Source: Ascidiella aspersa (taxonomy: Eukaryota). From it: a stretch of 64,000 bases of DNA. Positions 38,401 to 48,777 of this stretch are shown piece after piece; the stretch's first letter is position 1; every line of letters starts with the position of its first letter. Location: contig OZ004609.1 of the NCBI GenBank assembly GCA_963924565.1, forward strand, positions 5,580,001 through 5,644,000. The letters are read 5' to 3'. Both the position numbers and the translations under genes were made by a program. The notes under the pieces were generated by a model. The model had not been told where the DNA came from. It worked only from the letters and a program-made list of their open reading frames with translations, and did no database searches.

Positions 38401-39730
38401 ATTAGAATGTGCTAATGTGCACCATGTCTTTCTATTGTTAACCATATTTTCTCCAAATTGGGAGAAATCTTGTTCAGAACCAATTTCAATAAATCTAACC
38501 AGGTGATATTGCAGTCGGCACTCCAAGTCCAAAACCGACTGAATTTTTGGTCGCGACCCGCAGTGTGAGAAACACTATAGGTTAGGCTAGCATATATTTT
38601 ATTTTTGACTTGTGGTTTTAATTTGAAATTTTGTTTATACTGTTTATGTATGTACAAGTGCGTATTACCCAATGAGCAATCTGTATCTGTTTTGATGTTA
38701 TATGTAATATGGATTGAGTTAAAAAACAATAATTTAGTTTATTTCTAGTATTTTTTGACACTTACGTCAGGTGAGATGGTAAAGCAAATTTGGTGACGGA
38801 ATTCGGGTTTCTTGCTAAGTATCGGGTGACCAACAGTAAGAAATATCGCCTTGTAGCCACTTTCTTCAGCTCTTTTGACGAGCTGTCTGGTTAAATCCCT
38901 ATCCTACAAAAATAGAGCAAAAAAGTATTTAGAATCCAATGCAAACCAATAAGCTATCCATTTTCTGTACAATAGCACAATTAGGTTGGGGTATAGACTT
39001 ATTTATGTTTAAAGACGTTTAATATGATTTCAAGAAAAAAAATAAATTCACTATATCTGTAACAATCATGATTAAAAGCAGCTAAATTGGCATATTCTAC
39101 TGGTTAATTGGCATACTTGCGGTTTAGACGATTCTAGCTTACATATATTGTTAGCAAAACAACTAGGTAAAAAACAATTTTTAAATACCTTGTAAATATA
39201 AAGTTGCATCCACCTCAAAGAGTCGCCAGTGTTACTTGCAATCTCCTCAATACTTGTAGTTGACCAGGTTCCCAACATAAATCCTGTTCCCATCGATGCA
39301 GCGGCTGTGAGCAACAAAATTCAACAAACTGTGAATTTGTTTTAAAGACTTTTTCGCACTCTCAAGCGTTATTTTACCCTTAGCGACGGCAAGTTCCCCA
39401 TCAGGGTGAGCCATCTTGTTCATTGCTGTTGCTGAAATGCAAACTGGAAAAGAAATCTTTGAGCCGAGAACGGACGTAGATATATCAACAGATGAAACAT
39501 CGTTTAATACAGTTGGGCGCAAACGATATCTGAAAGTAGCATTAATTATAGGTGAAGCTCAACCAAAAAATTAAAACCGCTAAAATAAATACAAACCGTT
39601 TGAAGGCAGCGCAGTTGTCGTTCAGCGTTTGTCTATCCTCCGCTCCAGTTTTATAGAAGACCCAGGCGTTCTTAGGTAGTTTTTCACGAGCTATATCTTC
39701 GAAATCTTTTGAACAACCAGGTCCATCCAT
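35422..39730 (-). CDS. HAO1: FMN-dependent 2-hydroxyacid oxidase-like gene (HAO-A); apparent frameshift in exon 4, so possibly a pseudogene
   Basis: Exons 39730-39597, 39529-39378, 39304-39189, 38903-38766, 38251-38076, 36722-36631, 36542-36384, 35972-35903, 35501-35422. Motifs [21 protein letters not shown] and [26 protein letters not shown]; ends in SLL*. Exon 4 is 138 nt but needs phase 2. The symbol is family-level; orthology is untested. Confidence 0.85.
36889..37806. mobile_element. hAT-type element in a HAO-A intron with nested GC-rich repeat fragments
   Basis: TIR CAGTGGTCGGCAAACT / AGTTTGCCGAGCACTG with imperfect TSD (CACTACAA / CACTATAC). A second element end, CAGTGGCGGATCCAGG, starts at 36971. 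Confidence 0.7.
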
Positions 39731-40204
39731 ATTTTATTTGCAATCTAATGTGTAAAAATGTATTTCTGTCTGAAACAACTAGTGTAGAATTTAGTTAGCA
39801 TTTCTAAAACGATCCAAGAACCCTTATTGTTTAACACTTTTTAATTTGAAATGTATTTTTATTTAGTTAGCTTATTAACTTCACGTGATTATAGAAAAGT
39901 AAATGCATGTACAAAACACAAAATATTACACCATACAAAACAACGAGCACTCGTACAATGAATGCGTAACTGACCCTCAGCAAACACCTTTGACTGCGAA
40001 AAAACAAACAAACAAAATTCATGCAATAATAACTTGTGAACCAAAACGAAAGAAGACCATATTGTATCTATTCACTAAATATCTCAACGATTGAAACTGA
40101 AATGCTGGCAGTTTTCACTTTGGGCAGTTTTTAGGGTTACCTGCATTCCTGCGAGTCAACCGTCACACAACTAAAACACGCAACCGCGAAAACACAGTGT
40201 GTCG

Positions 40205-40218
40205 CTGTGACGTCACAG
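40205..40218. promoter_or_regulatory. CRE-type palindrome CTGTGACGTCACAG between the divergent HAO genes
   Basis: Perfect 14-bp palindrome containing TGACGTCA. It lies just upstream of a candidate HAO-A non-coding exon donor (CAG|GTAACC, - strand, ~40140). Function is inferred. Confidence 0.4.
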
Positions 40219-41928
40219 ACTGCGTGCTTTTCAAACCTTTGAACGATGCATCACCTGGGAACAAATGCAAGAAAAGAATGCGATGAAAGCGCTGTGTTAG
40301 CACTGATAATGTAAGTTAGGCTGGCTTGCAACACTAAACGAAGGATTGAAAAAAGTCGCAATGCTGTAAGTGTTTTAAGGCTCACTATTTGCCCAAAAAA
40401 ATAAAAAGTAAGATAAAAAAACAATATGACTTTAAAAAACATATTTGGTGTCAAAAGTTTAATTCGATTTTTGGATTTTTTCATTAGTTTTCGTACAGGT
40501 GTGGCTAAATCCATATTTTGCACAAAATGAAACATGATTTATTCGGGTTCGAAGAGTTTAGTCATTACTAAATTTACATTGTTTACGCAACCTACCAAAT
40601 TCATTGCTCGACCTAATATAGTATATTCTTTTTGGAAGAGCGTTTTTTAGCTTTACGTAAATTAAAACGTTGTGTCCATTTCTGTGCTTCTCAGCTTTGC
40701 TGTGAAAAAAGTGTCATTTCTTCTTTGCGAAATGTTTGTTAAAAATGAGCTCAAGTGAAAATTACTGGTGGGCACTGCAATGAAAAAAAAAATGGCGTTC
40801 CAAAATAAAATCGAACCTAAACATTACTAAGGATATGTTGATATTAAACCTATTGTTCATATTTTTCAGATTTGATTGAACTATTAGATCATAATTATTA
40901 GGTTAAACCCATTGGCTTTATTATAAAAAGGAAAAAATCGCCATGACTTATAAGGAGGCTAAATCGTATAAGGCTGTTTAAATATTTACAGTAAAATTTC
41001 TTATTTCCTATGAAACCTGTGGGCTTTTTAAAAGACAAGGTTTATCATAATAGGCTCAAACTATTAGTTAAGTCAAATTGGCCATTACGTTGATCATTTG
41101 CTCAACAAACAAAAAAACGAAAAAAGAACAAAAAGGAAAGAATGTGCCAGAGTGATTGACAACTCTGCTTGCTGCCATTGAGAATGTTTGAAGTGGCATT
41201 CATTTGGAGTTATCTACGTTAGTAAATTTTAGCTAAATAATTTGGCCAAGGCCGTAAAATTTCTCAATTGCTATTACATGAGGTCATAGAAAACATTGGT
41301 TATTTATTTGAGCTTAAAACAGTTTAACAGATAAAAAGGCCGAAGTGCATTTCAACTTCAAAATTCGTTGGTATGCTATGCGGTTATTTATGTGTTACAC
41401 AAGTATAGTTTTCATCTAAGTGAGCACACGTTAATTGATATTGAAAGGATTGGAATTTGTTTCATTTCTTTTTCACGAAACCGAGCCTAAGATGTGTGTG
41501 GATAGTTCATATTCTTTGGACGTTTTGGTAAAGCTGTATAATAAGTGTCGGTTATCATTTTGTCATCGGGCAATGCCAGGAGCAGACCTAGGGATATTGT
41601 TCGGGGAACACGAAAAATCATCCAGGGATTTCGTCACCAACTTACGTCATAAAATTAATTAACCTTCTGCTTTTGGGCAATTCAGAAGAGACCAGGCGCA
41701 TATTTGGCCGATTAAATATTCGTACTGTGCTTAATTCAATTGTATTTATAGTTTCATTTCTAAGAAATTGTTTGCAAATTTCTAAATACTTACTGAATAG
41801 TAGTATAAGAGTGGTTTGCTGTTAGTTCGCTTTATGCAGGTATTGAAACGCTATATTTTTTCTAGGGTATTTGGCCTTAATGGTGAATCATTTTTTTCAC
41901 AGAAGTACGTTAATCCTAATCCTATGAT

Positions 41929-44900
41929 ATGTGTGAACCAACATGTATAAAAGATATTGAAGATATAGCTCGTGAGAAGCTTCCAACGAATGCATGGACG
42001 TATTATCGAACCGGTGCGGACGAAGAACAAACATTGCAGGAAAACAATGTAGCGTTTCAACGGTTAGTATTTTCTTATAATGACATTTACATTTAGTGGC
42101 GCAAACGTAAAGGATGAAAGGGAACTGACAAGGAAAGAGGGACAAAAAATTGTTAAAAAATAACCTGGAGTAATACAATGTACGTAGTAAACTAAATTGT
42201 TCGTGTGTGTGAACCTCACCGCAGACTAATAGTTTTTTTCCTAGCCTTGCTTGCATCGTATTGTACGACCGGTTTGGTTGCTTTGATACATAAGCCGTTA
42301 TCGTTGGTCAACAAGCGACTTTAAAAGGGCAATATCCAAATTGTTTTACAGACATGTGAGTGTATCTTTTATTTACTGAACCTGTTGATCCCCTTCAATA
42401 TGGGTTATTTGTACTAACAGTATGCAGCAAGCATGGTGTCATGGTTGTTTCTCGACTCACGCTGTTTCTCTGAGTCTGCGTAACTCAGTTGGTAGAGGGA
42501 CGTTCCGACAAAAATGACTAAATAAAGCTTCGCTGTTTTACATACTGATCATTAATTTTAAGCAAATTAGGTGTAGAATTAATAAGTTACTTTTCGCAGC
42601 TCACATCTAAATTCACAAATGTGGCCTACGAATGACCGACCACCTTTTTCGCACTTATAAATCGAAAATCAAGGACACCAGTCATAAGACCGAAATAGGA
42701 ACAGCACCAACGTCGAGATAAAACACAGTTCGGGTTAAGATCAAAATAAGAGTAGGCCTAATACCTGTAATAATTGTCGTAATAACGTCTAAATAGGAAT
42801 AAGTGCTAAATGGTCAAACTCAGGCCTATACAACACTTTACCTAACCTCAAACCCAACCCCTACATCACTACATACCCTTTACATCACTACATACCCTCT
42901 TTATTTTAAGCTAACCCAAATTTTATCCCCTACCATAACCCATAACTAACCCCAAAACAAGGGCAAACAATCCGGTTGCAAAACAGTGGCGGCCCAACGG
43001 TGCCGGTCAAACTAGGCCGCCCAAACTTCGACACCAAAATGGCCAATGCCAGTCCGATGGTTTCCGATCGTGCCATACCCTACGATACGGTTTCAGGCGT
43101 TATTTAGGCCTCATTCCGATGAATTCATGACTTATTCCTACAGGGTTAGGTCATTAAGACGATTTAGATCTTGTTCAGCCGTGGATATTACTGTGCATTT
43201 GGCTTTATTATATAGTTAGTTTTAATATTATGGTATTTTAGATTATTTTGCCTAAAATATTGTTGATTCGTAGGTCTTATTGTGTTCACTTATTTGTTAC
43301 TTTAAGATATCGCTTGCGCCCAACTGTACTGAACGATGTTTCATCTGTTGATATATCTACGTCCGTTCTCGGCTCAAAGATTTCTTTTCCAGTTTGCATT
43401 TCAGCAACAGCAATGAACAAGATGGCTCACCCTGATGGAGAACTTGCCGTCGCTAAAGGTAAACAATTTACTGATATGGGCATATTGTTTAAGTTCTGTA
43501 ACATCAAATGTAATATCGCGTACACCATTTTGGCTGTCGTTTTTTTAAAACTTTTTCAATTTGATTTCTTCATTTATGGTTTATCTTGTAAACAGATCTT
43601 TCTATGTATTAATAAAGAGTTCCATATTGTCACCTAAAAATACTATGGTCTTTTATGAAAGGGTTATACAAAAATATAATCAAGAATTCTCTTAGACAGC
43701 AAAATGTATATACACTATAGCTTTGTTACGCCCTGGTAATGTCTAATAAACTTCTTTACATTATGTTCTATCCTGATTACTACTAAGTTGACATACTCTA
43801 ATTTATATACAATGCAGCCGCTGCAGCAATGGGAACAGGATTCATGTTGGCTTCCTTTGCAAATACAAGTATTGAGGAACTTGCAAGTAAAACTGGCGGC
43901 TCATTGAGATGGATGCAACTCTATTTTTGCAGGGTAATTTATGAACAGTTTTATGACTACAAAAATGTTTTAACTCTCAGATACAAAAACATCCTTTAAA
44001 GTGTGTAGGCCTATATGGCAGAATAGCATGTAAAGTGTTTGTAACTAAATTTAGGCTGTTTTTTGTACTGAAGGGGTTAGCTTAATTACAAAAGTACATA
44101 AATGTTTGTTTACATTTTATATTCATAACTTTTAAAGTATGCCAACAATAAAGGCATCGAATTTGTAAAATTACGCACTTTACAATTGATTTCATTTTGT
44201 CATAACTTAAGAAGACATATAACCTAAGTGACATCAAACTTTTAGCGTGTACACTGTTTATGGGTTCATTTGGGTTTTCATAGTTATGATATTAGCATTT
44301 AATCATTGGCTTTCTGAAATGCTAGTAACAAACAATAAATATAATAGGTATTAAACAGCCAAAAGGAGAATTTTGTAACACTGCACAGTTATCTTTTACG
44401 ATAGTGTTAAAGCTTTTTAAATTTTCATTGAAAACAATGTTCTTCTTGAAACACCTTTTCAGTACATAGTACACGCGTTTAATTTCTTGTACGTGTTAAT
44501 CGCAGAACAATAATTGTAGAAGACTATATGCACTTAATGCTCGAAGGTAATACATTATTGTCGTTTTTAGAATCGAAATCTCACACGGGAACTCGTGAAA
44601 AGGGCCGAGGAAAATAATTACAAGGCGATATTTCTAACTGCTGAAATCCCGGGTCTTGGCAAAAAAAACGTGGTTTGTCCGCCTCACCTAAAGTAAGCAA
44701 GTTTTATTAGAACAACGTCGGGCTGTTTTTGTATTTTTTTATTCACCCCTCAAAACCCAACTCAACTCAACAGTAGTTGCGTTTCACGTCCGTTAAAGTC
44801 TTGTCCGTTAAGCACCCTGTGTTTTTGATCCCCCCGATTGTGTCATTCTTTACCTCATTGCCTTGATTTTCACCCCCCAATAACATGTACCGGTATGCTT

Positions 44901-47900
44901 TTTCAGCCCATTTCTCAGTTTTTTCAGCACGAAAGAGATGTGTGTCCCTTCATGCAAAGTTTAATTACTATGTTCACTACCACCAACAAAAGTTGTGTTC
45001 TTCAACCTAACAATGCGTCTTTCACCCCCGACTAAGGAAATACATTGGCACATTAGGTCAAAATTTGTCAAAATTATTTCAAGTCAAATTCGTTTACAAG
45101 ATTCACAAATGTAAAATTAAACCAAAATTCACAATAAAGGCAGTGAGCTATTTGAAATTGTCGTTTAGTTTATTATTTCATAAAATTTAGTTCGTTTTTG
45201 ATTCAGATAGCTGTTTATCTGATTTCGCTATTGTATTGAGCAGCATGTATAGGGTCTACTGTGGTTTTTCACCTTTTTTCCTATTTGGTATTTCAACTAA
45301 ACTGTTTGCTCAATAACTGTTAAAAATAATGAACGTCTTGTTTTTCTTTGACCTTTCAGTAGTTGTTTGTCTTTTTAATATGCAAAAAATATCAACTAAG
45401 CAATTTCAAGAGTTTTGCATAATCTCGAAAAATAACCGAATTCTGTAAATACCAAAAACTATTACAGACGACGCCAAAATACTAATGCAGTATTGATTTA
45501 CACAACTAATGGTTGTTAAAATCTCTGTTTTCCGATTAGGTCAAAATTTATCAATGTTTAGGTCAAAAAAGATTGGCCCTACTGATAACTGTACCTTTGA
45601 GCCCCCTAAAAATTGCGACATTGTGTTTTCGAAACTGTGATTTTCACCTTAACAAATTCCCATTGCTTAGTTCTTTACGGCAACAAAGGCAATGTCATTT
45701 GCCAAATTGGGGTCCTTCACCCAACAAAAGATGTGTCCTTCACCCCAACAAAACATGCGCATCCATCCAATACTGTGTACTTTAACAAACAAAACAAAAA
45801 ATTCTCCTTAGCCCTTAACAATAGTTGCGTCCTTCAACTCCAGCAGCAAAAGGTTTTCCCTTAACCCTTAACAATGGGTGTGCCGTCTGTACCCTGTGTC
45901 TGCGTTTTTCACCCCAACAAAGGTTGTGTCATTTACACAAATACTGTGTAATTCACCCCGGAACAAAAGCTACATTTTAACCCATCACTTTGTTGTTCAC
46001 CGTTACAAACTTTGTCTCTTTTCCTTTTACCTCGACACCCAAACACCAGAAGATCGATGCTCCTACGAAGCATCTTTCTTATATTTTCTCTGGTTCTAAA
46101 AAATTGATATGTTGCTTTAGATTTGCAAATTTTGCTGGTGAATACAGTTCTCAGATCTACGATATCGCCACTTTCGCCAGAACAATTGCGGATCTTTCTT
46201 TTCAATGGTCGGATATCAGGTGGTTTAGAACTATCACAAAGCTGCCAATTGTTCTCAAGGGCATCCTTACAGGTAGGTTCATTAAACATTTCGTTTTACC
46301 GGACTTTAAAACTAAACTTAAACATGTAGATTTATGCATCAAAACTAACATAACGGAGGAATCGATTGGTTAAATTAACATTTTTAACTATTGTTGTAGG
46401 TGAGATGGCAAAAAGGGCAGTAGAGCATGGTGTTGATGGGATTCTTGTGTCAAACCACGGTGGCCGACATCTTGATGGAGTTCCTGCCGCTGTAAGTGGA
46501 AATAATTCTACCTTTTTTCTGAAATTTTAGGCTTAAGGGACAACTACGTTGAATTAAGAGTTGAGTTTCGAACACAAAAGCTCTACGTGGAACTTACATA
46601 AAGACCACCGCCATTTTTACCCTGGTCAATTCATGCATTATTTTGCATAATCCACGTTGTTCGTTTAAACGGATATACAGTTGCCTAACTTACAAACCGA
46701 TATTTTTGTGTTTGTAGATTGATGCAGTTCCTAATTGTGGCGTTAGTTTGATGAAAGTATTTATTATTCTGTAGTGACTCTATATGTCTTATTAATTGCT
46801 TTAAATAAAATATCTGCATTTGCTGTTGAGGACTATTAGACTACTACACAGATGGTAGCGTCCTTTTGTATGAAAAGGGGGACATAAGAAAAAGTAACAG
46901 AGTGAAGTCTTAAAAATGTTTACAATTACGTTGTTCTATCATATACCAGTATTTTGCAAGCGAGATAACCTGACAATAGATGTAATGCATGTATCTTATG
47001 CACAATTTCACAATTAGCCTACATCACAATTTGTGTTAACTTTTTTGCTAGATTGATGTACTTGCTGAAGTAGTGGCGGCGGTGAACGGACGATGTGAGG
47101 TTTACATGGATAGCGGGATTCGAACTGGCACCGATGTACTAAAGGCTCTAGCTTTAGGCGCAAGAGCTGTGTTTATCGGAAGACCTGCCATATGGGGGCT
47201 TGCATATGACGTGAGTTGAACGAATAATTTAAATCCTGAGTTATTTAATACAGTTTGAATTTCAATTCAGAGATTTCTTTCTGATACTAAAACTGTCGCA
47301 AAGTCTTGGAAATGTCATACCACAAATAGTTGGATGAATTATCATGTATCTAACGTGTTTAGAACAATCACTCATTAGTCGTAATTTAAGGAGTAACTAT
47401 GAATATAAATTATTAGTCGGAAAGACAAGACCATAGCCCAATGAATTACCAAGTAACTACCATACCATGAATTATTATATTTCAAATGCCGACAATATGA
47501 AAGCCTTTGCAAACCAAGTTGGTTGTGCGAAGATAAACGTTTATATTAACTACAGCTTTTATCTATGAAGTTGAGTTTCATGTTTGCTTAGAGATCATTT
47601 GCTTAACAAAGCTTTTAAGTTTTGCCGAATTTCTAATACTATTTTTGATATTTTAATTTAATATAAGGGCGAGGAAGGAGTGAAAAAGGTCCTAACAATC
47701 CTAAGAGGCGAGTTCTGTGCTGCTCTGCAACTCATGGGTGAGTAGACCGAACTAAGTAGTGCTAAATTGTGTTTTTTGCAAGTAGTGCTAATTCTGTTGA
47801 CGTAACATAGTTTTTAAGCAAATTGTGCCGAGAGCTATACGCCAACTTAGGCTCGTTTCGCAAAAAGAGGTCGTTTACATGGTTCAAATGAAACATAACA

Positions 47901-48247
47901 CACAACAAACATAATATTATATTACAATAAACATGTTATTAACCCCTAGTTTAAAGGAACAAATTTTAAATTAAAAATATTCTTTATGCATTTGATAAAT
48001 GCTCATAAAGCTGTATTATTGGCGAAACCTAAGAGTTTAAAACGCAATTAATCCCGAAGAATTGGCCCACAACGAAGCGGCAGAGCACTACATTACTTAT
48101 GACATCATGGCCATACTGTAAAAACAGTACAGATTCGTCAAAAGTTGTTTTTAATTTTATTTCGTTTTAGGGTGTAGATCCATCGAAGAGTTGCAGCAAG
48201 GAAGGAAACTTGTTGTTCCACAGTCCTACTACCGCTCGTTACTATAA
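41929..48247 (+). CDS. HAO1: FMN-dependent 2-hydroxyacid oxidase-like gene (HAO-B), intact, 357 aa
   Basis: Exons 41929-42062, 43307-43458, 43818-43933, 44571-44692, 46121-46272, 46400-46491, 47052-47210, 47668-47737, 48171-48247 total 1074 nt in frame. Motifs [14 protein letters not shown] and [10 protein letters not shown]; C-terminal SLL. The symbol is family-level. Confidence 0.93.
42199..42510 (+). repeat. tRNA-derived repeat unit with halves in permuted order (tRNA 3' half first, 5' half last)
   Basis: gaacctcaccgcagact at ~42211-42227 and agtctgcgtaactcagttggtagag at ~42473-42497. The flanks are homologous to the copies at 49.3 kb and 60.6 kb. Confidence 0.6.
44740..46020 (+). repeat. 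Degenerate minisatellite (ttcaccccaacaaaagttgtgtc-like) in HAO-B intron 4, interrupted at ~45036-45600
   Basis: Recurrent ttcacccc / aacaaa / ttgtgtc motifs at ~22-25 bp spacing. Confidence 0.65.
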
Positions 48248-48249
48248 AC

Positions 48250-48291
48250 CAGTGGTCCCTTCACCTTGCGACCCCAGGTTGAGAATAACTG
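48250..48291. mobile_element. Minimal 42-bp hAT MITE remnant at the HAO-B stop codon
   Basis: CAGTGGTCCCTTCACCT...GGTTGAGAATAACTG flanked by CTATAAAC / CTCTAAAC. Confidence 0.55.
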
Positions 48292-48777
48292 CTCTAAACT
48301 TATTTATCACAGATATATATGTAGTATAGCAAAGACCTGTTTCATCTTACACTGCTTTAATATATCCAGTATATAGGCCATAATTAAAGCATTTTTGTGT
48401 CACTTTTATACGAACTATATTTGCTATGGCTTGTAGCCGCATGCGCTAAAACGTTCTATGTGCTTTGTATATTAGTCAACACCCGATTTATATTAGTACA
48501 GTCTAAAACAGCGGTTTGCTACATAAGAAAACGTATGCGCAAAAGTTGGCTTTGGCCAAATTACATAAACGTATTATTGAACAACTTATTTCAAAAAATG
48601 CACAATTTATATTTTATACTGCTTTTAATATGGTGAAATTGCATACAAATGTACACACGATAGAATAATTTCTAAGTGTTGTTTTATGGGAATACAAAAG
48701 AAAATCTAGGAGATTATAAGGTCATGCTTCTCCCAGAATTAATTGATAAATTAATATTCGTTTATAGGTATTTATAT

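Noticed and set aside
46718-46775. ag|attgatgcagttcct resembling an alternative HAO-B exon 7 start
   Set aside because: The similarity lasts only a few codons before a stop. The true exon 7 is at 47052.
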